From contig CAKZTQ010000032.1 in the NCBI GenBank assembly GCA_937921735.1, forward strand, positions 32,169-96,168: a DNA stretch of 64,000 nucleotides. Direction: 5' to 3'. Position numbers and translations under genes: made by a program. The notes beneath the pieces were generated by a model, which was not told where the DNA came from, made no database searches, and was given only the letters and a program-made list of their open reading frames with translations. Below, in pieces: positions 1 through 10,843 of this stretch. This DNA is from an uncultured archaeon (lineage in GTDB: Archaea > Hadarchaeota > Hadarchaeia > Hadarchaeales > Hadarchaeaceae). Positions within the stretch are counted from its first letter, which is position 1, and the number at the start of each line of letters is the position of its first letter.

Positions 1-104
1 CCCGCGATCGAAACTTGGCCATCCTAATTCTTTAATGTTAGGTCGGCGCCGTGAACTAAAACTTTATGAAGCTGGAACTGACAACAAAAAATTGATTGGT
101 AAAT

Positions 105-1286
105 ATGCCGTTCGATTTCAGCTTCGAAGGTCTCCTAGCTTGGCTGGTGTTGATCCTCCTACTTAGCTTTATTACCATGTATCTCATGCCGTACCAGTTT
201 ACTTTCCAGACCCGTTTGATGATAGGGCAGGTGCGCAAGTCGTTGAGCCAGCTCGAGGAATGGGCAAAGGAGGGAAGGAGGATCGCGTTGAGCACGATTA
301 CCAAGCATGGCCGAACCAAGCGAGATATCGAGAAGGAGTTCGACGATTTCCTCGAATTCTTCACCATAGAGCCAGTCAGCGATGACCCGGCGGGGGTACT
401 TCGGAGGCTGGAGCACGTGCTCGACGTGCGGAAGAAGCGCTTCGAGGGGATGGTCGCCCGCTTCGCCCCCAACGCTGATCCCGAGACCGCGGCGAACCTC
501 GAGATGACTATCGAGGGAGCGATGGCGAGCAACTTGGTCTTCCGCTTGGTGCGCCACTACATGTTGCTCGCGGAGAAGACCAAGAGCTATCAGCTGATAA
601 TGGCCCTCCAGATGCAGATGCCCATCCTAAAGGAGTACGCCAAGGCCTTCCTCGACGCTACTAAGGCCTTCGCCGAAGGGAAGCCGATCGGCGACGGCGT
701 TGGCGCGATGGTGGCGACCAAGTTGGCAGGCGGCGCGAGCTGGAGGGAGCTCGTGGAGGACACCGTGTACGCGGAGACGAAATTCGACGGGCGAAAGCTG
801 ATAGTGGTCAAGGCAAAGGGTCCGGGAGGCAGGGTCGGCAAGCCCGGTGAGCTCATTAAGCGTTTGATGGAGAGGAGGAAGGTGGACAGGATCATAATGA
901 TCGACGCCGGGCTGAAGCTTGAAGGCGAGGAGAGCGGTCACGTCATCGAAGGCGTCGGCGCTGCGATAGGGGGCCCGCCGACCGAAAAGTACAAGATAGA
1001 GGAGATCGCGGTCAAGAAAGGCGTGCCCGTCGATGCCATAATCGTCAAGGAGTCATTCAAGGAGGCCATCACGCCCCTCAACAAGCGCTTGGCGAAGGCG
1101 GTCGACGCCACCGTCGAGCGGGTTAAGCAGGCCATCCGAGAGCGCACCAAGCCGGGCGAGGTGGTGATCGTAGCCGGTATAGGCAACACTATAGGAATAG
1201 GCCAAAACCCCGAGGAGCTGCCTAAGGATTTCCCTGAGCCTAAAGAGGAAAAGGGGATAGAGTCCGACAAGCTGCTCTTTCGATAG
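105..1286 (+). CDS. DUF1512 family membrane-anchored protein
   Basis: Long ORF with an N-terminal TM segment and motifs PIGDGVG, GPGGRVG, IDAGLKLEGE, GIGNTIGIGQ typical of archaeal DUF1512. Confidence 0.8.
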   Translation: MPFDFSFEGLLAWLVLILLLSFITMYLMPYQFTFQTRLMIGQVRKSLSQLEEWAKEGRRIALSTITKHGRTKRDIEKEFDDFLEFFTIEPVSDDPAGVLRRLEHVLDVRKKRFEGMVARFAPNADPETAANLEMTIEGAMASNLVFRLVRHYMLLAEKTKSYQLIMALQMQMPILKEYAKAFLDATKAFAEGKPIGDGVGAMVATKLAGGASWRELVEDTVYAETKFDGRKLIVVKAKGPGGRVGKPGELIKRLMERRKVDRIIMIDAGLKLEGEESGHVIEGVGAAIGGPPTEKYKIEEIAVKKGVPVDAIIVKESFKEAITPLNKRLAKAVDATVERVKQAIRERTKPGEVVIVAGIGNTIGIGQNPEELPKDFPEPKEEKGIESDKLLFR

Positions 1287-1354
1287 GTTTTAATATCCTG
1301 CGGTTATTTTTTACCGATAAATCTCATAACATAAGTCAGACACGAGGGAAAGGC

Positions 1355-3541
1355 ATGAGGCGCTACAAGCACCTTGCGGACGTTCAAAAGCTGATGTGGC
1401 AGCTGGAGCAGATACGCAACATAGGCATAGTGGCCCATGTCGATCACGGCAAGACCACGTTGACGGACAGCTTGGTCGCAGCCTCCGGCATCATAAGTTT
1501 CGAGCTCGCCGGCGAGCAGTTGTTCACCGATTTTCTGGAGATCGAGCAACAGCGAGGCATCACGATCCAGACATCCGCGGTGAGCCTCGCCCACACCTAC
1601 GAAGGGAAGGAGTACCTGATCAACTTGCTCGACACGCCTGGCCACGTGGACTTCAGCGGGGACGTGACCAGAGCCCTGCGCGCCATAGATGGTGTCATCG
1701 TCGTCGTCGATGCCGTCGAGGGGGTCATGGTGCAGACGGAGACCGTGCTGCGCCAAGCCCTGCGAGAGCGAGCGCGTCCAGTACTTTTTATCAACAAGGT
1801 CGACCGGCTAATAGACGAACTCAAGCTCACGCCAGAAGGCATGCAGGAGCGCTTCATCAAGATCATAACCAAGTTCAACCAGCTCATACGCAGGTATGCA
1901 CCGCCTGACGTCGCTGAGCGATGGCAGGTGAGCGTCGAGGCCGGTTCCGTTGCGTTTGGCTCGGCTAAGGAAAAATGGGCGCTGTCAATAACGCAGATGA
2001 AGAAGAAGAACATCACTTTCAAGGATATCATAGAAGCGTACAGGAAAGGGGAACAGGCGAGGTTGGCCGAGGAAAGCCCGCTCTACGAGGTCATCCTCGA
2101 CATGGTAGTTAAACACCTGCCCGATCCGAAGCAGGCGCAGTCCGATAGGATACCTGTCATATGGAAGGGCGAGATAAATAGCGAGCTCGGAAAGGACATG
2201 CTTACGTGCAACCCCAACGGCAAGATCTGCATGGTCATAACGGATATTATCGTGGACGAGCACGCCGGTGTGATATCCACGGGCAGGGTTTTCTCCGGCA
2301 CTTTGGAGAAGGGGAAGTCGGTTAGGCTGGTCGGCTTGGGTCAGGAGGCACGAATACAGCAGGTAGGCATTTACATGGGGCCAGATCGGATAATCGTGGA
2401 CAAAGTGCCCGCGGGGAACATAGCCGCGATCGTTGGCATGAAGGAAGCGGTGGTCGGCGAGACGCTCATCGAGTCAGGAATTGAAGGGGCAGGATTTGAG
2501 GAGCTCAAATACGTAAGCGAGCCGGTCGTCACGGTGGCGGTCGAGCCCAAGAACTTCCAAGACTTGCCTAGGTTGATCACCGCGCTGAAGAACATCTCGC
2601 GCGAGGACCCCAACGTCCACGTCAAGATCAACGAGGAAACCGGCGAATACCTCGTGTCCGGCATGGGCGAGTTACACTTGGAGATAGTCGAATACAAACT
2701 TAAGGAGGCCGGGCTTGAGGTCAAGACCTCCGAACCGATCGTGGTCTACCGGGAAACTGTCACGGGCAAGGCCGGGCCCGTGGAGGGCAAGTCGCCGAAT
2801 AGGCACAACAGATTTTTGATCTCCGTGGAGCCGCTCGAACCTGAGGTGATCAAGGCGATCGAGGAGGGCAAGGTCAACATGAAGCAAGATCGCAAGGAGC
2901 GCGCGAACGTGCTGCGGGGGCTCGGATGGGACACGGACGCCGCTAGGGGGGTCGTGACGATAGTCGGGCCGAACATCCTAACCGATGTCACGAAGGGGGT
3001 GCAGTACATGAGGGAGGTCGAGGACTACGTCATCGAGGCCTTTACAGAGGTGGTGAACGAAGGGCCGTTGATGCGGGAACCCATGCGAGGGTTGAAGGTG
3101 CTGATCGTGGACGCGATGCTTCACGAGGACTCGGTCCACCGCGGTCCGGCACAGATAATCCCCGCGGTCAGGCGAGCGATTCAGGCGGCGGTCCTGATGG
3201 CTAAACCACAGGTGCTCGAACCTATCCTCAGGTTGGAGGTCCGCGTGCCCCAAGAGTTCTTGGGTAGCTGTACCAAGGTAATCCAAGGTCGACGTGGACG
3301 CATCATCTCCATGGAATCCGAGGAGGATATCGCCGTGGTTAAAGCGCTGTTGCCCGTGGCGAACTCCTTTGGGCTTGCGGCCGAAATGCGATCGGAGACG
3401 GAAGGGCGGGCAATATGGGGCACGGAGTTTGAGAAGTTTGACCCCATACCCAGAGAACTGCAGGAGCAGACGATCTTGGAGACCCGCAAGCGCAAGGGTC
3501 TCAAGCCGGAGCCACCCAAGCCCGAGGACTTTTTAGATTAG
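1355..3541 (+). CDS. fusA: translation elongation factor EF-2
   Basis: AHVDHGKTT, RGITI, DTPGH and NKVD GTPase motifs; diphthamide-loop motif HEDSVHRGPAQ; 728 aa. Confidence 0.97.
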   Translation: MRRYKHLADVQKLMWQLEQIRNIGIVAHVDHGKTTLTDSLVAASGIISFELAGEQLFTDFLEIEQQRGITIQTSAVSLAHTYEGKEYLINLLDTPGHVDFSGDVTRALRAIDGVIVVVDAVEGVMVQTETVLRQALRERARPVLFINKVDRLIDELKLTPEGMQERFIKIITKFNQLIRRYAPPDVAERWQVSVEAGSVAFGSAKEKWALSITQMKKKNITFKDIIEAYRKGEQARLAEESPLYEVILDMVVKHLPDPKQAQSDRIPVIWKGEINSELGKDMLTCNPNGKICMVITDIIVDEHAGVISTGRVFSGTLEKGKSVRLVGLGQEARIQQVGIYMGPDRIIVDKVPAGNIAAIVGMKEAVVGETLIESGIEGAGFEELKYVSEPVVTVAVEPKNFQDLPRLITALKNISREDPNVHVKINEETGEYLVSGMGELHLEIVEYKLKEAGLEVKTSEPIVVYRETVTGKAGPVEGKSPNRHNRFLISVEPLEPEVIKAIEEGKVNMKQDRKERANVLRGLGWDTDAARGVVTIVGPNILTDVTKGVQYMREVEDYVIEAFTEVVNEGPLMREPMRGLKVLIVDAMLHEDSVHRGPAQIIPAVRRAIQAAVLMAKPQVLEPILRLEVRVPQEFLGSCTKVIQGRRGRIISMESEEDIAVVKALLPVANSFGLAAEMRSETEGRAIWGTEFEKFDPIPRELQEQTILETRKRKGLKPEPPKPEDFLD

Positions 3542-4370
3542 ATGCGATGTAGTTCGAAATGGAGCCCAGCTCTTCGGGCGTGAGGTCCATCACCCTCCTG
3601 TTCGCTAGATCCTTTGGGATCGTCTCGTCCACGATCCTACGCCTTTCCGACTTAGGCTTTGGTTGTGGAAACACCTCATTAAACGAGTGAAATAGGGCAT
3701 TGCGCACCTTTTGCCGCTTGTGCTGGAACAACGCGCGGACTACATCGAAAAATAGGGCTTCATCGATTACGTAAAAGGGCGGACTTCGTGGCCTCAACCT
3801 CACCAACATGGACGAGACCTTTGGTCTTGGGAAAAATGCAGAAGGCTCGACCTCCTCCAACAACTCGACTTCCGCACGATAGTATACGCCAACCGTCAAA
3901 CGACCATAGTCCTTGGAGCCGGGTTTGGCGATTAGCCGTTGGGCGAACTCCTTTTGATACATCAAAACAGCAAGCTCGAAGTCATGCTCGAGCAATTTGA
4001 ACGTGATCTCGGACGATATCGCGTAGGGCAAGTTCGCGACTACCTTATTGAAAGGCGGAAGCTCCATCTGCAAGATGTCTGCGTTCACCAGATCCACATT
4101 CGCGAGGCCCTTCGCCTGCTCCCGAAGGACTCGGAACAGCTTCGCGTCCCGTTCCACCGCTATTACCTTCCCCGCACGTTCTGCGAGCAGCTTCGTCAAG
4201 TTCCCCATCCCCGCACCTATCTCGAGCACAAGATCGCGAGAAGAGACGCCCGCGTAATCGACCATCCTCCTTAACAAGCTAGGGTCGATCACGTGGATTT
4301 GACTGCCGCGTTTGTTTAACCTTATGCCATATCTTCGCAAGGTCACAAGCAACTGGTGCATGCGATCCAC
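3501..4370 (-). CDS. rsmA: 16S rRNA (adenine-N6,N6)-dimethyltransferase RsmA/KsgA
   Basis: LEIGAGMG SAM motif, ANLPYAISS, YGRLTV, FFPRPKVSS. Confidence 0.93.
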   Translation of the reverse strand: MDRMHQLLVTLRRYGIRLNKRGSQIHVIDPSLLRRMVDYAGVSSRDLVLEIGAGMGNLTKLLAERAGKVIAVERDAKLFRVLREQAKGLANVDLVNADILQMELPPFNKVVANLPYAISSEITFKLLEHDFELAVLMYQKEFAQRLIAKPGSKDYGRLTVGVYYRAEVELLEEVEPSAFFPRPKVSSMLVRLRPRSPPFYVIDEALFFDVVRALFQHKRQKVRNALFHSFNEVFPQPKPKSERRRIVDETIPKDLANRRVMDLTPEELGSISNYIASNLKSPRAWVAPA

Positions 4371-4411
4371 GCTTTTTATAGTTCGACCCTAGGAAATAGA
4401 ATTAACGCCGG

Positions 4412-4774
4412 ATGTGCATGGTCTCCGAGGTCTTTTTGCGAAAAAGAAACGAACTGTTCAAAAAACTGAAGGAGGTCGGCTTACTGACGGATGAAGTCAG
4501 GCAGACGATCGTGGACACCTATGGTTCAAGGGGGAGAAAGGCCCTAGAGGTGATAGACAGGGGAGGTGTGGTAAAGCGAGGAAGGCGTTGGTTCGTACGC
4601 GGCAAAGGCGATGAGTACGAGGTGGTCCGAACTTACTGCACCTGCCGCGATTACGTCTTAAATGTGGTCACCGAAAAAGTAGACGTCGATATGTGCTACC
4701 ATGTGCTGGCGAAGGTGATATGCGAGATGTTGGACGCTTACTACATGGGTGGTGAGGGTGCGCCTAGTGATTAA
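4412..4774 (+). CDS. SWIM zinc-finger protein
   Basis: CxC...CxH pattern (YCTCRDY...MCYH). Confidence 0.7.
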   Translation: MCMVSEVFLRKRNELFKKLKEVGLLTDEVRQTIVDTYGSRGRKALEVIDRGGVVKRGRRWFVRGKGDEYEVVRTYCTCRDYVLNVVTEKVDVDMCYHVLAKVICEMLDAYYMGGEGAPSD

Positions 4775-6176
4775 GTTCGGTGGGGTACCGGTCAAGGACG
4801 GCAGGAGCATTCGTAACGCCGCGCAGCTCGTCGTCGCCCGCTATCGAAGGGGAGACGAGGTGGTCGCCGTCGTCTCGGCCATGGCAGGCATCACAGACGA
4901 GCTAGTAGCAATAGCTCATCGCTTGCTCGAGCCCGGGACGAACGCCGAGCAATTGATCTCCGACTTCATGGACCGTATTTCGGGTAGGCATCTACAAGCT
5001 TGTAAAGATGCCATCGATGATGAGGCCACGTTGAGTCGTACTTCCAGGGCGGTGGAGAACGCACTCGAAAACTTGGAGAGGGTCCTGACGGGCGTAGCGT
5101 ATTTGGGCGAGCTCTCGCCCCGATCGCAGGATTTAATAATGTCCTTTGGCGAACGCCTTTCGGCGCCGATTCTAGCAGGCGCGATCCAATCGCTCGGGGT
5201 TCCCGCTCGTTACTTAACCGGCTTCGAGGCCGGCATCGTAACCGATAACCGCCACACCGAGGCCAGGCCCATTTTTGAGCTGACCCGAAAGCTCGTACGG
5301 CAGCGGTTGGGCAAGCTGTTGGCAGCCCGAAAGGTCCCGGTGGTGGCTGGCTTCATAGCTGGTACGGAAGACGGCATCGTGACGACGCTTGGGCGAGGAG
5401 GCTCGGATTACTCCGCTTCCATCATAGGTGCCTCAATAGGGGCCGACGAAATATGGGTGATGACGGATGTCGACGGCATCATGACCGCAGATCCGAGGGT
5501 CGAACCCGACGCTAAGGTGATAGACACCATCTCCTATCTTGAGGCCACCGAGCTGGCATATTTCGGAGCCAAAGTGCTACACCCGAAGACCATCGAGCCA
5601 GCGATGGAGCTGGACATCCCCGTTCGCGTGCGCAGCGCGTTCAACCTCTCCCATCCAGGGACGGTGATAGTCAGGAAGCCGAGAAAGGTGAAAAACACGG
5701 TGAAGGCCATCACAATGAGCAAGGAGGTGGCGGTGATAACGGTCGGTGGTCCGGGCATGATCGGGATGCCAGGAGTGGCCGCCGCGGTGCTCGACATTTT
5801 GGCTAGGGCGAATATCAAGGTTTTAATGATATCTCAAAGTTCTTCGCAAGCAAACATAAGCTTCGTCGTCCCCAGGGCCGAGCTGGAGGCCGCGTTGAAG
5901 GCGTTACGCGTCGAGTTCGCCGAGCGCCGCATCGACTGGCGCATAGACTACGATCGAAACGCTAGCATCATCGCCACCGTGGGCGCTGGCATGAAGGGTA
6001 CCCCTGGCGTGGCCGCGCGGGTCTTCGGGACGATGGGCCGCGAGAACATAAACATAATCATGATAGCCCAAGGCTCATCTGAACTGAACATATCGTTCGT
6101 GGTCGCCGAAGAAGATGCTATAAAGGCTGTGCGTGCCCTGCACGCCGAGTTCGGGTTGGGTCGAGGACCCCGCTGA
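4758..6176 (+). CDS. lysC: aspartate kinase with two ACT domains
   Basis: KFGG, VVSAMAGITD, GERLSA, TLGRGGSDYSA, TDVDGIMTADPR, FGAKVLHP; start uncertain (4749 or 4758). Confidence 0.93.
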   Translation: MRLVIKFGGVPVKDGRSIRNAAQLVVARYRRGDEVVAVVSAMAGITDELVAIAHRLLEPGTNAEQLISDFMDRISGRHLQACKDAIDDEATLSRTSRAVENALENLERVLTGVAYLGELSPRSQDLIMSFGERLSAPILAGAIQSLGVPARYLTGFEAGIVTDNRHTEARPIFELTRKLVRQRLGKLLAARKVPVVAGFIAGTEDGIVTTLGRGGSDYSASIIGASIGADEIWVMTDVDGIMTADPRVEPDAKVIDTISYLEATELAYFGAKVLHPKTIEPAMELDIPVRVRSAFNLSHPGTVIVRKPRKVKNTVKAITMSKEVAVITVGGPGMIGMPGVAAAVLDILARANIKVLMISQSSSQANISFVVPRAELEAALKALRVEFAERRIDWRIDYDRNASIIATVGAGMKGTPGVAARVFGTMGRENINIIMIAQGSSELNISFVVAEEDAIKAVRALHAEFGLGRGPR

Positions 6177-6177
6177 T

Positions 6178-6444
6178 TTAAGGGAGGAAGGATTCCTTTC
6201 TGGAATCGGGTATTCGCCTGCTGAGCAATTGCCCGCAGCGATCGCACTTGAGGAGTACCCAAGTCCCCCGTCTTTCGATGGGTTCCATAGATCTCCCACA
6301 GCACCGTGGGGCGGTGCTGCCGTCTAGCCCCTTTGCTCGTAGACGGTCCGTCAAGCGCTCTCGCATCGCCTTAGTCTGCAGTCTCCATAAAGCGTAGCCT
6401 GCGGCGGCTATGGAAAGAATTCCTATCCCCAGCTCGATGAGCAT
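6178..6444 (-). CDS. small membrane-anchored zinc-ribbon protein
   Basis: N-terminal TM helix, CC..M and CxxC motifs, strong SD (GGAGGAGG). Confidence 0.55.
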   Translation of the reverse strand: MLIELGIGILSIAAAGYALWRLQTKAMRERLTDRLRAKGLDGSTAPRCCGRSMEPIERRGTWVLLKCDRCGQLLSRRIPDSRKESFLP

Positions 6445-6502
6445 CCTCCTCCCGCTCCTCCGTTTTTTATTTTTCCTTTAAGGGGAAAAATATTTTTCGC
6501 TT

Positions 6503-7183
6503 TTATTCAAACCGGGGCAAGTGGCGCTTTTGTTCATCTGAAGGGTAAAAACAAAGGTCACGGATCGGGCAATTTCCACATAAGGGTGCACGCGCGCGGC
6601 AGTACCGCCGGCCGTGTTGTATCAGCAGGATGTGCGCCTCCCCCCTGCGGCCGCTCGGGACGAGGGCTTCAAGCTTCGCCCTGACCTCTTCATAGCCATC
6701 CCCGGCGCTCGTGAAACCGAGCCTTTCCGATATCCTGAAGATATGGGTGTCGATCGGCAGCACATCGCGCCCTCCCGCGAACAGCAAAACGCAATCGGCA
6801 GTTTTGAACCCCACGCCAGGTAATGCCAAAAGCTCTCGCCGCGCTTCTTCAACGGGTTTGCGGATAACCTTTCGGAGATCGCCGCCATATTTCTCGCAAA
6901 CGATTTGAGCTATCTGCTTCAACCGCGCGGACTTCATTTGGTGAAGGCCGGCCGGTTCTATCAAACGTTGGATCTCCTTTGGGTCGGCTTGGGCTAGTTC
7001 TTCAGGCTTTTTAAACTTCTGCATCAAGCGATCGAACGCCAGTTTGGTGTTGCGCCAGTTGGTATTCTGTGACAGCACCGTCTGCACGAGTACTTCAAAT
7101 GGGTTCTTGCTTCGATATTTCCAGAGCTGGAACTCCGCGCTCAGGCGGTTGAGTATTTCGATGATTCGCCAGCGATCGTCCAT
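6503..7183 (-). CDS. nth: endonuclease III / HhH-GPD DNA glycosylase
   Basis: VLSQNT, LPGVGFKTAD HhH motif, IDTH, C-x6-C-x2-C-x5-C FeS motif. Confidence 0.9.
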   Translation of the reverse strand: MDDRWRIIEILNRLSAEFQLWKYRSKNPFEVLVQTVLSQNTNWRNTKLAFDRLMQKFKKPEELAQADPKEIQRLIEPAGLHQMKSARLKQIAQIVCEKYGGDLRKVIRKPVEEARRELLALPGVGFKTADCVLLFAGGRDVLPIDTHIFRISERLGFTSAGDGYEEVRAKLEALVPSGRRGEAHILLIQHGRRYCRARAPLCGNCPIRDLCFYPSDEQKRHLPRFE

Positions 7184-7276
7184 GGGCGGCCCTCAGCGAT
7201 GTCGGATATTCGTCATTCCGCTACCCTTACCTCTTAAATTTTGGAGCTAGTTTATCATTTTTGGGATGAGGTGAAC

Positions 7277-7669
7277 ATGGGGTTGACTTATGTCGTTTAC
7301 CTTATGCTCATCTTGGGTTCCTTCACCTTCGGGTTTGAAGCCCTTCTCCTCGGCTTGGGAGGGCGGCTTTTCGTGCTTTATCGCGAAAATCGCTCGCGCA
7401 CGCTCAAGCTGGCGTTATCGCTTGGGCTAGCGATAACATGTTTGTCGATCGCCATCTCGAGCCTACTCGGCTTACAGCTCATACACTTATGCGCATCCGT
7501 GCTCGCGTGCACGCTGCTCTTGAGTTTGATCGTCGGGCGTTGTAAGAAATTCGTAAAAACACCGCTGCCCGTGCCTCCACCCATTGCAGACGATGAAATT
7601 AAAAAGATGCTTAATAAGCACGGCCTGTGCGAATTCAAGGAGGAAGACGAAGCCAGTAGCAAGAGCTAG
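7277..7669 (+). CDS. hypothetical membrane protein (about 3 TM)
   Basis: ORF with SD GAGGTG and three hydrophobic segments. Confidence 0.6.
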   Translation: MGLTYVVYLMLILGSFTFGFEALLLGLGGRLFVLYRENRSRTLKLALSLGLAITCLSIAISSLLGLQLIHLCASVLACTLLLSLIVGRCKKFVKTPLPVPPPIADDEIKKMLNKHGLCEFKEEDEASSKS

Positions 7670-7765
7670 TTTTCCGCGCCCCTTGTGGTTTGGCTTCCCC
7701 TGTCGCAGGGTGGGGAAAATTTTTTAAACAACAAAAGAGTTTAGTGTGGATACCAAGGGATCATC

Positions 7766-9757
7766 ATGGAGCAAAAGCATGGGAAGATCGCGGAGCCTAT
7801 TAAATGGGTCGTAGAGGATCCTGAACGCAAGGAGGTTTGGTGGCCTTCCCCGGAGCTCAAGAAAAGGGCTTGGGTAAGCGATGAGTCGATATATGAACAG
7901 TCCGGGAAGGACCCGATCGCTTTTTGGGCCGCCCTGGCCCGGGAGGGGCTGCACTGGTTCAAGGAATGGGACAAGACCTACGAACAGGACCCGCCATATT
8001 TCAGATGGTTCATCGGTGGAAAGATAAACGCCTCGTACAACGCCGTCGATAGGCACATAAGCACCGAGAAGAGGTACAAGGCAGCGATTATATGGGAACC
8101 CGAGCCCCTCGACGAGCCGGCTAGGGTGTTGACGTACTATGATCTCTATCGTGAGATCAACAAGTTCGCGAACGCCTTGAAATCGTTAGGCGTCGGGAAG
8201 GGCGACAGGGTAGGCATCTACCTGCCCATGATACCCGAAGTTCAAATCGCCATGCTCGCGTGCGCCCGCATAGGAGCTATACACAGCGTCGTCTTCTCGG
8301 CCTTCAGCGCCGACTCCTTGAGGTCTAGGTTGATGGACGCCGAGGCCAAGGTCCTCATCACCGCAGACGGCTATTACCGACGTGGTAAGATCATCAACTT
8401 GAAGGCGGAGGCTGATGAGGGGATAAAGGGAACCACCGTGGAAAAGGTCGTTGTTGTGAAGAGGGCGGGCCTCAACGTTCCGATGCTTGAGGGCAGGGAT
8501 CTTTGGTGGCACGAGTTGATGAAGGGGGCCGCTGCTTATTGCGAACCGGAGCCAATGGATAGCGAGGATACATTATTTATACTCTACACGAGCGGCACCA
8601 CGGGCAAGCCCAAGGGTGTGGTCCACACCACCGGTGGGTACCTTACCCAAGCTTACTGGACGACTAAGTGGGACTTCGATATCCACGACGATGACTTGTT
8701 CTGGTGCACTGCGGACATAGGGTGGATCACCGGCCACACCTACGCTTGCTATGGTCCCCTCCTGCTTGGTGCCACGATGCTCATGTACGAGGGAGCTCCC
8801 GACTACCCTGAGCCAGATAGATGGTGGGCGATAATCGAGAAGTACGGCGTAAGTATATTTTACACCGCCCCGACGGCGATAAGGATGTTCGTGAAGTACG
8901 GCGAGGAGTGGCCGAGGAAGCATGACCTCAGCAGCTTGAGGATACTGGGCACGGTAGGCGAGCCAATAGACCGCGAGGCCTGGCTTTGGTACTTCTACAA
9001 CATAGGCGGTGGAAGGTGCCCGATCATCGACACGTGGTGGCAAACCGAGACAGGTGGAACGCTGATAAACTCTCTTCCAGGTATAGGCCCGTTTATCCCC
9101 ACGGTCGCCGGCAGGAGCTTTCCGGGCACTAGACACGTGGTGCTCGATGAGAACGGCAGGAGGGTGGGCGTGGGCGAGACGGGAAGTTTAGTCCAGCTGA
9201 GCCCGTTCGCGCCGGGGATGCTTAGGGGAATTTACAAGGACCCGGAGAGGTACAAGGAGCTTTACTTCAGTAAATACGGCGACGAGATTTATTACACCCA
9301 CGACGGGGCGAAAGTGTGGGATGAGACATATAATATCCGCTTGGGAGGCAGGGAGGATGACGTGATGAAGGTAGCCGGTCACAGACTGGCGACAGCAGAA
9401 GTGGAGACGGCGCTTACGGATCACGAGGCGGTCGCTGAAGCGGCGGTCGTTCCTGCCCCTCACGAGATCAAGGGAGAGGTGCCGGTGGCGTTCGTGGTGC
9501 TAAAGAAGGGCTGGGAACCATCGGAGGCGCTCGAGAAGGAGATAGTGGCCAAGGTAGTCAAGGCCATAGGTCCCACGGCTAAGCCCCAAGCGGTCTTCTT
9601 CGTGCACGATTTGCCCAAGACGAGGAGCGGCAAGATCATGCGGAGGATACTTAGGAGCTTGATGAAAGGCGAGCCCGTCGGAGATACCACAACGCTCATG
9701 AATCCAGAGGTCGTGGAGGAGTTAAAAGCGAGGGTCGCTGGAGCGGCTTCTAAATAA
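7766..9757 (+). CDS. acs: acetyl-CoA synthetase (AMP-forming)
   Basis: [33 protein letters not shown]. Confidence 0.95.
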   Translation: MEQKHGKIAEPIKWVVEDPERKEVWWPSPELKKRAWVSDESIYEQSGKDPIAFWAALAREGLHWFKEWDKTYEQDPPYFRWFIGGKINASYNAVDRHISTEKRYKAAIIWEPEPLDEPARVLTYYDLYREINKFANALKSLGVGKGDRVGIYLPMIPEVQIAMLACARIGAIHSVVFSAFSADSLRSRLMDAEAKVLITADGYYRRGKIINLKAEADEGIKGTTVEKVVVVKRAGLNVPMLEGRDLWWHELMKGAAAYCEPEPMDSEDTLFILYTSGTTGKPKGVVHTTGGYLTQAYWTTKWDFDIHDDDLFWCTADIGWITGHTYACYGPLLLGATMLMYEGAPDYPEPDRWWAIIEKYGVSIFYTAPTAIRMFVKYGEEWPRKHDLSSLRILGTVGEPIDREAWLWYFYNIGGGRCPIIDTWWQTETGGTLINSLPGIGPFIPTVAGRSFPGTRHVVLDENGRRVGVGETGSLVQLSPFAPGMLRGIYKDPERYKELYFSKYGDEIYYTHDGAKVWDETYNIRLGGREDDVMKVAGHRLATAEVETALTDHEAVAEAAVVPAPHEIKGEVPVAFVVLKKGWEPSEALEKEIVAKVVKAIGPTAKPQAVFFVHDLPKTRSGKIMRRILRSLMKGEPVGDTTTLMNPEVVEELKARVAGAASK

Positions 9758-9798
9758 TTTCGATGATTTACGGCTTGCTCAGCTCCAAAGCGGCGCTT

Positions 9799-10392
9799 TT
9801 ATCGATGGGAAAGTTTTGCGTAGCGCTTGTCGAGTTCTTCTACCAGCTCCTTTACCTCCTTGATTTCGGCAGCGTAGGGGCCTAGGTCTGCGTGCACGGC
9901 TCGCCAGAGCTCGTCTAACTCGCGCGCGCGATTTCCACGTTCTCGATACTTAATAGCTTGAATTAGCATAGAGAGATAGTCAGCCGCGTGGACGATCTTC
10001 GCCTCAAAGGTGTACTTCTCCGAGTACTCCCGCCAAAGTTCCATAAGCATTTGTTGATTGGGCAGACCGGCGACGAGATCCCTCATCGCCTTGCCCTCCA
10101 TTTGTTTCTTAGTTCCGGGTTCCCCCAAATACTTCAAAGCCGTGTAGGGAAAGTCCGCAACCATCGCCTCTGCCCAGTCATGCAGAAGCGCCATGCTGAG
10201 GGCCCTTTCGACATCTAGCTCGCGGCCGCCGCGCTTTGCCTCGTCCGCTAGCAGGAGCGCGATCGCCGCTACCTCAAAGGTATGCTGTGCAACGTCTTCG
10301 ACTTCGTTCAATGGCACATTGCACAGCAGCCAACCCGTTCGGGGTATACGCTTGAGGTCGTTAAGTTTTTCCAAAAGCTCGCTCAGTTTCAA
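9799..10392 (-). CDS. HD-domain hydrolase (YfbR/HDDC2-like 5'-deoxynucleotidase)
   Basis: LKRIPRTGW, VAQH, LLHDWAE, HAAD motifs. Confidence 0.85.
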   Translation of the reverse strand: MKLSELLEKLNDLKRIPRTGWLLCNVPLNEVEDVAQHTFEVAAIALLLADEAKRGGRELDVERALSMALLHDWAEAMVADFPYTALKYLGEPGTKKQMEGKAMRDLVAGLPNQQMLMELWREYSEKYTFEAKIVHAADYLSMLIQAIKYRERGNRARELDELWRAVHADLGPYAAEIKEVKELVEELDKRYAKLSHR

Positions 10393-10793
10393 ACTACCAC
10401 CAACTTAGCCTGCTTAACGCCCCGCATGGCTCCGATGCGGTCGACAAGCTTGCGGATTTCGTCCGCCGCTCCTTTCACGACGATGATCTCTAGGCAATTC
10501 TTGGCATCGACGTGCAAGTGCTGGGCGGCGCTTATCACCTTCGAGTGCTGGTGCTGGATGTCCATGAGTTCGTCCACCAACCCCCTGACGTCGTGCTCGT
10601 AAAGCACCATGATGGCCCCCAGCTGCTCACCCTTCAACTCGCTCCTCCACTTGTAGTTCGCCAAGAAATCGCGAAGGGCGTCCCTAATGGCTTCCGAGCG
10701 GCTCGCGTAGCGTTGAGCCCTAAGCACGCGATCGAGTTCGTCGAGCAGCTCACAAGGCAGGGTGAGGCTTATGCGAGCTATTCTCGAAGACAT
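10389..10793 (-). CDS. nikR: nickel-responsive transcriptional regulator NikR
   Basis: RHH domain (RISLTLP...SRSEAIRDA), YEHD, IQH, HLHVDAKNCLE (His/His/Cys Ni site); start may extend to 10826. Confidence 0.92.
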   Translation of the reverse strand: MSSRIARISLTLPCELLDELDRVLRAQRYASRSEAIRDALRDFLANYKWRSELKGEQLGAIMVLYEHDVRGLVDELMDIQHQHSKVISAAQHLHVDAKNCLEIIVVKGAADEIRKLVDRIGAMRGVKQAKLVVV

Positions 10794-10843
10794 GATGGCA
10801 CGATTGAATTTGCAAGATTTGGACATTTATGTTTTGCCGAAAC

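Noticed and set aside
4767-4790. Aspartate kinase KFGGVPV instead of KFGGTSV
   Set aside because: All other catalytic motifs are intact; insufficient to claim altered function.
7185-7225. K-turn or box C/D-like motif in the nth leader (GAATGA...CTGA)
   Set aside because: Only one imperfect box pair is present and the geometry does not fit a K-turn.
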